From Tubulanus polymorphus (Eukaryota; Animalia; Nemertea), in NCBI RefSeq assembly GCF_964204645.1, contig NC_134026.1, positions 19,130,150 through 19,194,149 on the forward strand: a stretch of DNA of 64,000 nt. The letters run 5' to 3'. The position numbers and the translations under genes were made by a program. The notes beneath the pieces were generated by a model, which ran no database searches, was not told the DNA's origin, and saw only the letters and a list, made by a program, of their open reading frames with translations. Below are positions 52,901 to 64,000 of the stretch, in pieces (the first letter of the stretch is position 1; every line of letters starts with the position of its first letter).

Positions 52901-55432
52901 AGGGGCTTCGGTGATCATACAGTAAAAATTCAAGCCTGAAATAATCTAGGTCCCTGTACCCCTAGTTTCTTGCTTGAAACTCTTAGATCCACCTCTAGGG
53001 CCAGTTGCTCAAAAGTTGGTTAAACTCTTAAAAACCTATCCACCGGTTATCTTAAACAACCTTTGAGCAACCAACTCCTGACCCCTGGCTACTAAGAAAA
53101 TCATTTAGCGGGTATATGACTGTTAGTAAATACTAGGAAATAACATAGGTTATAATATTGTATATTGTTACTTGAATTTGTGGTTCTGGAACAATCAAAG
53201 GCACTACGGTAAAATAAGAATATATTATTCCATTCTAATTTCTATCAGAATTTAGATAAGGAGAATTGATTCAGATTCGCCGGTCTTCCGCCCAATGATA
53301 TACATTTATGGAAAACATCCCAACCGTACCAAAAAAAGGTCTTACAATAAGCAATGAATATATGATATAAACATTGACATTTTAGACAATTCATCCGAAT
53401 TTCGATGAAAGAGCGTACTTGCTGGTGAAAGTGTTTCTTGTCAATGGCGTGTATAAACCATGGCGTGACAACAGCTTACAAGGTTCTGTTCACCCGAGGA
53501 AAGGTGCCGGCCAGTTGTCTCTAGATAAGGATGTGGCCAAATGTTGGGCTGCCGTTCCGTTGTTTGATTGGTATGCGATTCATCTATAAGACGACCTACG
53601 CATTCCCTAATGGGTGTTAATATGTTCTATTAATTTTTTTTCTCAGGGAAGCTACCGCGAGCGGTGAACATGTCGTTCCGCTATTTAAAGGTGATATGCC
53701 TGCTACGGTTAAGGAACAACTTCAGAGCCAAGCAGTTGATTATGTGCTCGCGCATACAACTTGGACAAGGGAGAATAAATTTGTGAGTTTTTCGTAGGAG
53801 CATCAACTTTTAACAAATTATTATAGCACTCATGCAGGTATCAATTTGTTTTGGTGGTACTAAATGATCTTGAATAGAAATTTGAATCTACTTTGAATAG
53901 AATTTATCGCAATATCAAAATTTGAATTGAAAGTTCAAGTGAGATCGCAAGAAAATATACATGGATGGGCAAAAAGGATTGGCCATTGCTTTATGGATGG
54001 TCCCCAAGTAGAATAAGTATTTCGTACTTAATTGCTGTAGTACACAGTTATTGATTGATGATTTTTTTTCTATCCATTTATGTGTCCATGCAGGATTCAT
54101 CTGGTTTACTGATACAACTGAAAGACTGTCATTTCATCGAAAATGAATGCCCCTATGATGAAAACAAGGTGTGTATAGGATTATACCATTAACATGTATA
54201 TGTACATAACACATGTACAAACTTGAGTAAAAGTTGACTTCGTGTAAAAATCGACCTAGGATTTCGGCCTAAGAATTCATAGATTTTTCATGTACACCGT
54301 GTAAAAGTCGACTTCAGTTTTTCGGTATTATACCTCGGAAAACATTTTTAAACGACAAGGAATTAGGAGGGCATCGTCAATGAGTTAGTTGATTATGTTG
54401 AATGAATGAATATATCTTCTCGAATGTATAATACATAATAACATGATTGGTATACATGATTACTGAATATATACATTTAAGTTCCTAAGCGTTCTTCCTA
54501 CATTCAAGACCAGTGACTAACATTTATTTATCTCCCTCTCCCGTCCCGTTGCGTATATGCCAAATTTGGATGTAGCGAGTTATTAACAGGATCAGAAAGA
54601 AGCCATGTCATTTCCTTTATAGGTGGCAAAAGCTGTCAGTCTAGTATGTCTTAAAGTCGACCCTCAAAAATTGACCCAATTATTTTAGTTCTAGAATTTA
54701 ACTTTTACACAAGTATATACAATATACTGAAGTGTCTGGTTAAGAAACTAGCGATTTTGTGCTAAATTTTTTCAACGATTTTTACAGAGATTCTTCGGTT
54801 TACTCGATGCTGTCGGTGACCGTACGAAATATGTCCAAACGCTTAATGACCAAAGCGGCAAGAAAGTCTCCGATGTGCTGTCGCAAATGATCAAATCGAA
54901 AGACGCAGCCGTGCTGAAAAAAGAACGCGAATTCATGGATAAAGCTATGATCGAAGCTCTCGACGCTCTTCTGGTAAGTGAAAGTAGAAGCCAACTCTTT
55001 CCTAGTCCTATTGGTTGCTGGTAAATTCACACCACTAAGGGATCCTGGATATAGGAATATTCATACATAGTAGAATAGCCACACTCAAACGTTGAGAATA
55101 GCAAATATTGTGATAAAAACCCACTATGTGCAAATTCAGAAATAAAATTTATAATTCAAAAGATTTGGAATTAAAATCAAAAACAGAGGACAGGGCATTT
55201 CGAACTCTCGCTAGAAATCATCAGGTCAGGTGTGTGGGATAAACTAAAAATGAGGGGTATATATATAAATGCGGAGTACCCACTAACTCAGAAGTTTATT
55301 TATTTAGAATTTTGATTTTAGATTAAGATTTTTGAAGAATAAATTTTGTTTTTAGATTACTTCATAGTGGGTTTCGAAGATGATGATTTTGAAGAATTTC
55401 TTTTTTTCCAGAAGGCTGAGACGGCAAGTTAA
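31958..55432 (+). CDS. Uncharacterised ~1460-aa protein: degenerate TBC (Rab-GAP-like) domain plus three C2-like domains, 27 exons
   Basis: Exons 31958-32095, 32380-32526, 32610-32740, 32842-32944, 33529-33685, 34353-34566, 38150-38273, 38797-38962, 39409-39587, 39891-40031, 40805-40966, 41726-41841, 42328-42448, 42966-43542, 43711-43827, 44076-44202, 44810-44957, 47418-47654, 48085-48237, 49173-49341, 50082-50246, 52650-52837, 53386-53570, 53647-53782, 54094-54168, 54788-54973, 55412-55432. All are GT-AG, all phases match, and they give one open frame of 4383 nt. TBC-like segments: GRQLPMSLRAYMWLDIL, VVDEELYTHLK, FLRKWIGEGFVSILDTGAVMFIWDQCF. C2-like segments: LGWAKVPLF, FDIYIDYARFLPDN, VIGSCLLSLY..LRVGGYQLPL, CWAAVPLFD..SGEHVVPLF. 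The gene structure is well supported; the domain calls are by eye and the start ATG is tentative. Confidence 0.85.
34657..37852 (+). mobile_element. Non-autonomous Helentron-type element (HINE/DINE-1/pearl-like), family A, interrupted by the LINE
   Basis: 5' hairpin AGCCCACTTGGGACT-TT-AGTCCCAGTGGGCT and a (TCCG)n microsatellite at about 34706. Subterminal inverted repeat GCCCACTTGGG (34661-34671) / CCCAAGTGGGC (37820-37830). 3' stem-loop GTCC-CT-GGAC followed by CTAGTT. T-rich flanks and internal ~150-bp tandem units. Confidence 0.82.
35503..37483 (+). mobile_element. 5'-truncated non-LTR retrotransposon (LINE, RTEX/Crack-like) with intact RT-to-zinc-knuckle frame and 3' UTR
   Basis: Open frame to the stop at 37283: PIFKK.GD..NPDNYRGITL, EAQAGFR, AFVDFKKAFDSI, GLRQGENLSPILF, LYADD, YLGV, ELGRYPL, and CPICNTLGDESHFLFDC (CCHC). 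No endonuclease domain. The 3' UTR has a ~37-bp tandem duplication (37281-37355), a CTCCA...TGGAG stem-loop and AATAAA near 37472. The clade assignment is uncertain. Confidence 0.93.
38288..38329 (+). ncRNA. Minimal type-I hammerhead ribozyme motif (Penelope pLTR type)
   Basis: CCAC-CTGATGA-T-GGCT-catcgtcatc-AGCC-GAAA-CATT-GTGG. Stem I CCAC/GTGG, canonical CUGAUGA and GAAA boxes, 4-bp stem II, vestigial stem III. Confidence 0.72.
40516..40698. mobile_element. MITE
   Basis: TIR TGGGCGAACTCTTTTAT / ATAAAAGAGTATGCCCA. Confidence 0.65.
41457..41497 (+). ncRNA. Hammerhead-like motif, A3-U8 core variant, imperfect
   Basis: TACG-ATGACTA-T-GATCTC-tagggt-GAGATC-GAAA-CGT-CGTG followed by AATAAA near 41519. 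6-bp stem II, but the stem III/cleavage segment is one nucleotide short. Confidence 0.4.
45536..45558. repeat. (CA)n microsatellite
   Basis: Directly visible. Confidence 0.85.
45884..46451. mobile_element. PIF/Harbinger (Tourist-like) MITE
   Basis: About 35-bp TIR GGCCATCCCAAAATAATGGTCTGTTTGC / GCAAACAGACAATTATTTTGGGATGGCC, with TTA target duplication on both sides. Confidence 0.85.
47250..47353. mobile_element. Very short GC-rich palindromic MITE
   Basis: TAAAGCCGGGCGTAGGTCGGCCTTGCGAC / GTCGCAAGGCCGACCTACGCCCGCCTTTA arms around an internal GTCGCAGTGAGTCGC duplication. Confidence 0.75.
48385..48650 (+). mobile_element. HINE family A 5' fragment
   Basis: TTTTAGCCCACCTGGGACTTTCACAATGGGCATT...TTTTGTCCGTCC...CAGCCCAGAAACTGG...CACTTTTTACACATTTTTGAA. 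It abuts the Penelope fragment. Confidence 0.7.
48655..49002 (+). mobile_element. Penelope-like retroelement reverse transcriptase fragment (degenerate)
   Basis: Translates as GCNSPTYRLFIFLAERL, SHIQHYQDLLERLKNI...FISFDVTSLFTNIP and, after a frameshift, YHEQIFGFAMG. SFDVxSLFTNIP and QxxGxAMG are Penelope/TERT-type RT motifs A and B'. Confidence 0.8.
49698..49968. mobile_element. piggyBac-like MITE, second copy
   Basis: TTAACCCTTTCAGTGC ... GTCAGCACTGAAAG. The interior (GAAGAT.G.AGCACCT.TCAAACA, GCACTAAAG.GGTATGCC) aligns with 7272-7539. Confidence 0.72.
50400..51015. repeat. Intronic minisatellite, ~48-52-bp unit, about 12 diverged copies
   Basis: Unit approximates AACACTGTAGCACTAGTAGTCAGTACTCAGGAATGTTTTGATATGGCAAATG. 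Confidence 0.88.
51879..52228. mobile_element. PIF/Harbinger-like MITE
   Basis: TIR AGCTGCGTTCACACTAG / CTAGTGTGAACGCGGCT; ATA on both flanks. Confidence 0.75.
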
Positions 55433-56180
55433 CCCGAGGCAGGGCACAATGCAATGCTACAAGAAATTGGATTTTCAATGGGGCTGTGGCTAAAACTTAT
55501 AATTAAATTATGATCTCGAATGGGATCAAAATTCATGTCGTTGCTGGCTTACTTCGGTCAATTACTTTGTGATCTCGGATTGTATCACTGTCTCAATAAA
55601 CTGTTTGAACAACTGTGTAATTATTGCTCGGACAAATATGCATTAAAGGTGTACTTCTCGATGAAAGGCATTACATAATATTTCCACCAAGAACTCTTTG
55701 ACTATGATTATTCGTGATACTGATATATTCCAATACTGGAATTTTGCAACAACGTGCATTAAAAACAAACATAAACGTATATGTTAATTAACTTAACCAT
55801 GATGTTGGTTGGTTTGCTACAGCTTGGAAAACTTTAGAAGACAATTATAAAGTTGTACACTAACTGGTATATTCCAGTACTGGTATTCTGCAATATTTGA
55901 TTACAGTAAACACTGTGTTAATCAGGTATTTCTCTGAAAAATCTCTGACAATGAGATGGTCAGATTTTCAAGCTTTTGAAGTATAACTACAGTAGTTACT
56001 ACAACTTAAATGCTCCATCTTAATACCATGTATTGACTAATATGATCTTATAGACGTGTATCTCGAAATGTCTAAGTGTGTTTGGTTTAAAGACAGAAAT
56101 ATCATAGCCTCTATGTCAGACTATTACTGCGAGTGGTTTCAAACAATTTCTAATCGTTCAGACCATTAAAATACTATAAA

Positions 56181-56497
56181 CGCGATCACACGAGCATTTT
56201 TGGAACAACTGTTCACACGGGTGCCAAATGGACCCGAACCTGTTTGCCCCGGGCCAAATTTGGCCCGACCAAAAACGTCGGACCAGGCCCGAAACAAATT
56301 TTAGCACCAGACGAATGATTGCGTTTGAATTGAAACTGGTACAGGAAATGATCCACTTCGCTTTGTTTGAGCATTGTTTAGTATCGAGTGAACGGTTTGC
56401 GTGTGAGCGCGCTCTCTAATTAGGCACGGGCCAAATTTGGCGCGAGCCTGATCCGTGTCATTTTGGCCCGAGCCAAATCGTCTCCATGTGATCGCGG
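56181..56497. mobile_element. PIF/Harbinger-like MITE (related degenerate copy at about 26630-26885)
   Basis: TIR CGCGATCACA / TGTGATCGCG. Shared interior words GGGCCAAATTTGG, GTATC(A/G)AGTGA and TTAGGCACGGG occur in both copies. Confidence 0.65.
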
Positions 56498-57256
56498 CTT
56501 TTGGCTTAGAAGATGAGTTTCTACTTCTGACTCTGGGCAAGAAATGTGACCCAACATTTTCCTCCGGCGTTTATCAAAACGTTAGAAAAATGTTTCTGTC
56601 ATCTAACAATGGTGAATGGCTGAAGAGGTTCCAGCTTGCAAATTGTGATATACATAAATTTGATTGATTTCATACGCATAAAAACTAACTGTCACTTTTA
56701 ATGAATAATGTTGTGGTCCCTTAGAGTCTGTCGTACAACTTGAGGAGCTTGTAAAAAATGTGCCTTGAATGGTACCAACTTGTAAATTTAAATTCGAATA
56801 GAAATTTAATGAATCTATGCTTAAGTGTTGCGTATTGTTTTTTACGTAGCGCATATTTTCAATGACTCGTGACACAAAATAAACAACCAGGAATCGTAAG
56901 CAATAATGTTAAACGGATCCAAATTTTGTCCTTTGCGTGCGGTTGTTGCGCAATTCGTGCCTAGGTGGGTGGATAAGAATGCGCTGTATGTGGACTAATA
57001 TCTACCATATGTTCGAGCACGGACCATGAAATGAAAGTCCATGGTTCAAGCAAGATGATTCATTTATCTTTTAAGAGAATGATATCGTTCTCTCGGGTTC
57101 AAAATTACATTCGTGAAAAAAGAAAATGAATACAGTCCTCTACATTTATTAATGAATTGTTGAAACGTGCTAATCAGTGAAAGATATACAACATATATGA
57201 TGCAAATCCGACAATAGCGACCTCAAAGTTCAAACATTCATTGATGTGATGACATA

Positions 57257-57528
57257 GGTGATCGTTCAATTAGTATGATAGGGAGGGGGCTAGTGAAAAT
57301 CCGAGCAAAGGCGTATGGGGGAGGAAAGGGGTCTTAACAGGCCTAGTATATACGCACCATTCAATGCATTTTTTTATACAGCATTGAATAACAATGTTGT
57401 TTTACAATGTGGCTATAACTCAATAAAACATTTGTTGTTGTGGTTCTTATGATCATATCATGATGGCCGCATCGGCAGAATTTAGAAAAATCGGCTATTT
57501 TTTGTGCACATACTAATTGAACGATCCT
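57257..57528. mobile_element. MITE
   Basis: TIR GATCGTTCAATTAGTATG / CATACTAATTGAACGATC. A related terminus lies at about 58500-58525. Confidence 0.65.
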
Positions 57529-57570
57529 AAATGGTTGGCTGCTTTCTGAAAGCCACCATCATCCCGAAGG

Positions 57571-57582
57571 ATAATAATAATG

Positions 57583-57645
<63 letters not shown>

Positions 57646-57695
57646 TGTGTCTTATATAGCGCTAAATCCAGCCAGGCTGCTCAGAACGCTTTACA
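57571..57695 (-). mobile_element. L2/CR1-type retroposon 3' tail with expanded (TAT)n
   Basis: Minus strand TGTAAAGCGTTCTGAGCAG...AGCGCTATATAAG followed by about 24 TAT units, the typical L2 3' stem-loop and tail. A similar worn tail lies at about 33880-33960. Confidence 0.65.
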
Positions 57696-57910
57696 TTTTC
57701 GTTTAAAAAAAACCGAAACGTTGTGGTTCATATCAATAATGATTTTTGAATTTTTAGTCTTCCCTAGCAGAATTTCTCTAATCCTCTTCAGATTTATAAA
57801 GCTATCTATACTGATGTAATGAAAGGTTACCGGTATTAGATTATCAGATAATTCCATACCATAATGCCCATAGTCGCCAGGTTTATTATGGACGTGTAAT
57901 CTTTGGTTTA

Positions 57911-58086
57911 TAGAGTGAAACCTCGTAACAACAAACTCTGATACAAAGGTTCATCGGATATAACTAACATTGAATTTCGACCCAAGTATCACAATTATAT
58001 TACTTTCATACTGGATATAACAAACTATCGGTTATAACGAACATGATTTCTGGTCCCGTGAAGTTTGCTGTAACCAGGTTCCACTG
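57911..58086. mobile_element. Tigger-like MITE
   Basis: AGTGAAACCTCGTAACAAC ... GCTGTAACCAGGTTCCACTG. Confidence 0.55.
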
Positions 58087-59850
58087 GACGTCCCTGCGCT
58101 TAATTTACGAGTAGTGACGACTCGCTTTCACCGCTTCTGTGGTTGGGTTGTGAAAGAAAGAATGGGTTGCTTCAAGAAGTTCTGTTTAAAATTTGTCAAA
58201 ATTTTGTGGAACGTTTTGGTTGTGTATATTTGGTATGAAGGGATATTTTGTTTTTGATAAACAGGAGAGAATGTTATGTTAAGAAAATGCATTACGGTGA
58301 CATATGGTGACAAGGCTCTCATGCCATGTATCTCAAATACAACTATCAATGAAACATTACTTGTTGTCACCTATTAGATCTGATGGGCTGGTCTTCAGTG
58401 AAAATTGTTTCAATACATGTATTTTCAAATATACTTGATATACTTGATATACGATTTTGCGTACAGGGGGTAGGGGATTGAAACATTCAAGTTTTATGCG
58501 TACGTAATAGATGAACGATCCCTTAACGTGAACAACATTTTTTTTTAGAGAACAAATTTGCACAAATCTAACTCAAATTCAATGTTAATACCAAATTCGT
58601 TGTGCCATGTGTGTTTTATCGTCCCCAACCGTGACATTATAAAGTACTTTTAGTATAGATGATCTGATGTAACGAAATACATTCAATGTTTATTAGAGAT
58701 TATATTTTATTAATAAAATGTGCGTGATAGATATAAAAAAAACGTTGTTGTTCTGAAATAGTTGATATTTCCAGTTGTTGAATGGTTACCATCATCATCG
58801 CTGCCATCTATGGTATTCCGCGGACTTCACCGCCCCGCATTTCGACCAAAAGATATTTCAGTAAAGTATATTATATTCATGTGGGGTAATCTGTCATACT
58901 AGGGTAAATGTTGGCAGGGAACAAATCGTGGTGGATTAGCTTCTTAATCCGTTTCTAAACTTTTAAGTTTATGCACTGTTGGAGGAAACGTGGCGATGCG
59001 CTTAATCTGACCGCCAAAAGAACGCGTCACATGGCACAAAGAAAATTCAGGATTGGCCGTTCGCCGTTTTATTTAACCATAGAACTCGAGTTCTATGATT
59101 TAACCAACTGTGTGTGACTTTTCTTCATCGACAAAAAACCCTTTAATTATCTATTTTTTTTCTTAAGTTGGTCATTTTGCAGGCCTACCAGCCGCAAATA
59201 CCCTATAGCTGAACTCCCCTTAAAACATGCTGAATCAGAAAGTCGTCAAACCAGCAGCGGCCCCAGGGCTACAAGGTGATATTAACGCTTTGTTTTGTCG
59301 AAAGAGAGTTCAAGGCCTTCATGACGCGTGGCTATAAAATGATAATCGTGCCGCCCGTGTACAACACTTACTTATTGAACCACGAAAAAGGCCGGTCTCG
59401 TTTGAATAAGGAGCCGCGATTTGTTACGAGACTTATTTTCCTTTCCAGATTCATCAGCTTTAATACAAACGATTAATGTTGCGTAATAAGAAAAATTACT
59501 GCTGAGGAATTATTTCTTATCGTAGTTCTAAAGCTTTGTTAAGCAAATGAAATCTTTTTCACAACAACTGCGCTGAAAAATCGAAGTAGATTTCCAACAA
59601 TTTGAAGTCGTTAACTTTCGGATATTTCATAGAAGATCGGGCCATACTATCGATTCGAAGCAAATAGGAAAGGTTTGAAAAAAAATATCGAAACTTATGA
59701 GCTGCGGTCGTTAGGGCTATTAGATATCTGGATGGTGAAACGTAGCCATAGTTCACTTCTGTCCAGGGTATGCGGCATTCAGTGCATCGGTAGCTGTATC
59801 GTTTGATAAATGTGCAGGTACTTTGCTACGATGTAGACTTATATATATAC

Positions 59851-59953
<103 letters not shown>

Positions 59954-62244
59954 TAAAACATGTATTAGCTTCGAGTAATCACTTGACGAATGATTACTCC
60001 AAGATGACTGCAGCCAGATATGATAATTCAGAATGTGTGATGGCTACACCTAAACCTGAAGTTATAATCTTCATATGTTCTGTTCAAGAATATCATTTTG
60101 ATGATTTAGGTTCGATGCAATTATGGCTATATGTGGACTAAAGAATATTTATGGCGAGTTATTATGTCGACACCGAATAGGAGCTTTGAAATGTTGCTTT
60201 CCTATTTTATGATGAGTTGTATTGTCAACATTAAATTCAAAATTGTTCGCCATAATTCTAAATTCACGCTTCCCAGGGGACTCGGTCGCCATCTACGACG
60301 TGAAAAAATATGTACTCTTTATCCAGAAATGATTTACGTTCAGACAATAACTCAAACCAGACAAGATAGAACACTGCGATTGATAAATATGTCATCTGAA
60401 GTGAATTTAAAATTTTGAAAATAACTCAACGTAAAATGTGTTACGAAAAAATGTTAAAAATTCAAAATAATTTAACGTTTAGAAAATACATAACCTGAAA
60501 TCAAAAATATCTACCAAAACATTTGTTCAGTTTTCTTAAGAATGATGTCTGCAAGATGTCTCCCTACGATGGAGTAAGCTTCGAGTGAAGTTAATTTTCT
60601 ACTGCCGAAAAAAAAAACCCGACGTCGCGAGTTGAGAAAGCACGTTAATTTATGCGCGTCTGCAGCCGTTTTATTTTCCAACCGTTTTATTTTCGTCTTA
60701 CTTGGATTCTTTTTTCTATCGGACTTTATCTATTTGTGTGATCTTCTTATTAATATACCAACCACCGCCCGCCCGTACAAACACACACACAAACACGCAC
60801 GCATACTCAAATACATAAATGTTATGTAATTATTTGGGATGATGTAAATGTCTGGCATTTAGAACATGGCGATTTTCATTGCTGGAATTTGTAGGACAAG
60901 TACGACACGGAATGCGAAGTGTCCTGTTTCATATTCGCTCCGCGAAGTATGCAGTTAGTAGCAGCAAACATTTCCACTGTATATATGCAAGCCACGACAA
61001 ATGCAACGCCTTCGAATCGAGAGTTTATCTCCGAAAAGCGCGGACCCTATAACCCCTGAGCGTTCTGGTCGGTTTTTGTTTTCGAATTAAACACATTTGT
61101 CAAGAGATTATTCGGCTCACTTTGACGCCGGTGGCGGACTGTTCGTCGAAGGAAATCTGGATTGGTTTGTGTGCTTAGACTTTTACATACGAACTTTCGT
61201 CACCGTCAGTCTTTTTGCCACACCGCGCGTGGAATACGTATACATAAATATATTTGCCTGAGGGTGTACGAAGTACTAATTTGGACACCGGATTGTAATC
61301 GGCGGTTTGAGTTGATTTCGTTTATTATTAAACCGTATATACTATTTGCGATCATCTTGTCGAGTCGAATCACAAGACAGAAGGTTCTTTAGAAAAAAAT
61401 TTTGATTAAGCGCCCTTTAAGCAGGGTCAGTAGATTACTCGCCCGATTCTTTTTACCGGTGCTCCGGGCTTGATGTACGGTTTTTATGTACGGTTTTGAC
61501 GAGAGGCATATTCTATATAACGCGCTTCTCGATTTGAGGTGAGAAATAAAGCCGGTATACTGAGACACCACTCGCTCATAGAATCGCCGCCGCGGTTGCA
61601 ACAACTAACGTCACCTCGGTCGAAAAACGTCTGAAGATAATGCCGCACCGCGAAGAGCGAATTGCGCAAAAATGTTATGAGAAAAAACCCACGGGATGTT
61701 GATGCAACCGCGTGATATTTCTGTTTACGCCGCGATAAGGTGATGTCGTCATCAATGTGTAACCACGAAACGCGCGTAGGATTCTACAATTTCCACATTC
61801 CAGTTTACACCACCCTAATCGTTCGCACGCGTAATTAGCTCTATCAAGTGGACTAAGTTATTTCGCGTTACCGGTAGTTATTAAAGTTTCAATCGGAATT
61901 AATATGTGTTATTCACCACTACAACGGACTGTTTAGCATTCTTCTCGACTTCTTCCGGTCGGCTTCCTTTTACTGAAAAAAAACGAAACAATAGCGACAT
62001 CGTCATCGTTTTCGATAACGTTTCGAAGAAGTTACGTTTAAATGGGCGTTTTAAGATCGGTAAGAAGATGAGGAGGATTTCTGAATTTCGTATTTGTATT
62101 TCGTAGTCGTTGCGTTGCTCTTTCAGTTTGATGACGTCGAAAACGCGCCGATCGCTATAACGCGGCGTCGGTACGTTTGCTATCAATCTACCGAGCTTGA
62201 AACGATCAAGAGCCTACGCCGAACAGACGATGATAGCTTTACGC

Positions 62245-62280
62245 TATAAAAGACGTAATTGAACATAAAATTTTCATTAT
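62245..62280 (+). promoter_or_regulatory. TATA box plus initiator of the secreted-protein gene
   Basis: TATAAAA at 62245-62251 and Inr-like TCATT at 62274-62278. The +1 A (62276) lies 31 nt from the first T of the TATA box, the canonical spacing, and 318 nt upstream of the ATG. Confidence 0.6.
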
Positions 62281-62593
62281 TCACCGAGAAACGACGAGTC
62301 GTGCGTTCTATCGATCGTATACTGATTGATGAGGCGAACAATTTTTGCCAAAAACTGATGAGTCTATGATGCTATATACGCAACGGTAAACGGTTTATCG
62401 GCGCAGTCACTCCGTTGAGATTTTCGGCGAAACTTTGTGTGCGAATTTCAAACGATATTTTTGGATAGGCCTAGTATGCGTTAGTGAACATGTTCAGACG
62501 GACTGATCGTGAGCTAAGGGCCTCATCAGCGAAGACACAGAGTCTGGAGTTTTTCAATAGTCTTGCGCAGATCGATTTGTCAAGTTGATCGGG

Positions 62594-63134
62594 ATGTACC
62601 ACCGGGTGTTTATATTGTCAATTGTGAATATGGTTCTAATTTCTGTGGGCGAAGGATTAGATCGCAAGAAAATGGACGGCGGATCGTATCGTAGGTACGG
62701 CGTAGGTGGCCACATGCCGATGGGAGCCAGCCCGAGATACGAACCGCTGATGCGTAAGGACGTGTACAAACGCTTACAGGGCCTTGATGATCGCTTGATC
62801 TGGCTGTTGATCAGTCATAGGAACGTTTCGGCGACCGTCCAGCGAACGGACCACAGAATCCACAGAATAAATCATCGCTTGAACAGCATCCGCGAAACTG
62901 AATCTATACGCGAGTCGAAACTAGAACAATTGAGCGAAAAAATATCTAGACAAAATAAAGAAATTTCCAAGTTAAGATACGACAACGCCAAGTTAAAACA
63001 AACGTTGGATAGGTTATCGCATATTGTAGATAGATTAAATGTCGGAAAGTCTGGAGATTCCGTGGTGACAACTGCTTCGCCCGCTGTCAACTCTTTACCT
63101 GAGGTCGAACCGACAAAGCCTCGTCTGCCAAAAG
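62594..63134 (+). CDS. First coding exon of a secreted coiled-coil protein, probably fibrinogen-related (scabrous/angiopoietin-like); continues beyond the window
   Basis: Signal peptide MYHRVFILSIVNMVLISVGEG, then a heptad coiled coil (LEQLSEKISRQNKEISKLRYDNAKLKQTLDRL) and a Pro/Thr linker. The exon ends LPK plus G at a phase-1 donor (G|gtaatt), compatible with the P-x-D-C start of a fibrinogen C-terminal domain. That domain is not visible in the window, so the product call is an inference. Confidence 0.7.
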
Positions 63135-64000
63135 GTAATTATTTTCTTCGTTTCTTTAAGTAGATAGTTTAAACTCAATGAACGAAACTCGGTGTTCGTT
63201 TTGGTTCTGGATTCTGCGAGCACATTTCGCTGCGCTACTGGTTTATAGTACTGTTGTTTCGACAATGATAATTATTACATGGTTAATGCAATGCAGTCCC
63301 AGGCCCGCGTGCGATTAATATGATTATTGCTTTTAAAGTGGCTGATTCACTCCAGGGTATCCGTTCATTTATGTGTCAATATGTCGCTACCGTATGGCAG
63401 TATTTAGCCGTTAATAACGCCATGCCCGATGTAGGTATATCTCACCCAATACCTGGAAACTATATGATGATACATATATAATACTAATTGATCTAACCGA
63501 AATCGTCGTGAAACCATATGATACTTTTTGAAAATTGGACATAACAGAAAAAGCGGTAGCAACTATACGTATAATAACGGAGCAGAATTGTTGAGTGCAT
63601 TCCGTTTAATTTTCATCGGCTTTCTGGGTGGCCCAGTGACCAAAGAAATGCTCAATTGTCCTTCTTAAGCAAATGCGTCGAAGTAAAGTACACTGCGTAT
63701 GGCAAGCTACTATTGAGACGGCTCACGTGAATAATGAACCGATTAACGTACAACGACTAAACTTCGACACCACCGGAGAAATTTGCATCTTTTTTCACTG
63801 AATGACTCTGTTGTTTGCCTTTACTCGCCTCGATAAAAAGAGGTCAATGGAGAGGGACCTTTAGAGTCGCAGTCTCTAATAATGACCAAATTGAATGTCT
63901 AAACTACAGTCCGCGTCTGTTGACAGTCACTTTGTCACATACATATATGAAATATTCGAACTGACGCCTTTGGTTGTCCGCGGGGTGTACCATAAAGACT

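Noticed and set aside
57580-57819. Poly-Ile ORF
   Set aside because: Translation of an (ATA)n retroposon tail.

Overview
AT-rich, intron-rich animal genomic DNA, probably from a marine invertebrate (lophotrochozoan-like; this is inferred from the repeat families and gene structure). It is not prokaryotic, so most short ORFs in the supplied track are noise. By manual splicing I recover five genes. (1) The 3' part of CD2BP2 (+). (2) A complete 27-coding-exon UBE3B (-, 1068 aa). (3) SPRING1/C12orf49 (+), head-to-head with UBE3B. (4) A 27-exon, about 1460-aa uncharacterised gene (+) with a TBC/Rab-GAP-like fold lacking both catalytic fingers, followed by three C2-like modules. (5) The first coding exon of a secreted coiled-coil protein, probably fibrinogen-related (scabrous/angiopoietin-like). 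Introns and spacers are crowded with mobile DNA. This includes a Helentron/HINE-type family with internal ~150-bp tandem repeats, one copy of which hosts a 5'-truncated LINE with an uninterrupted RT-to-CCHC ORF. There is also a Penelope RT fragment, tRNA-derived SINEs, many MITEs and microsatellites. The most notable items are three minimal type-I hammerhead-ribozyme motifs in introns, all sense to their host pre-mRNA and each with a different 3-8 core pair (C-G, U-A, A-U), and the putative pseudo-RabGAP/multi-C2 protein. All assignments are by eye; no searches were run.
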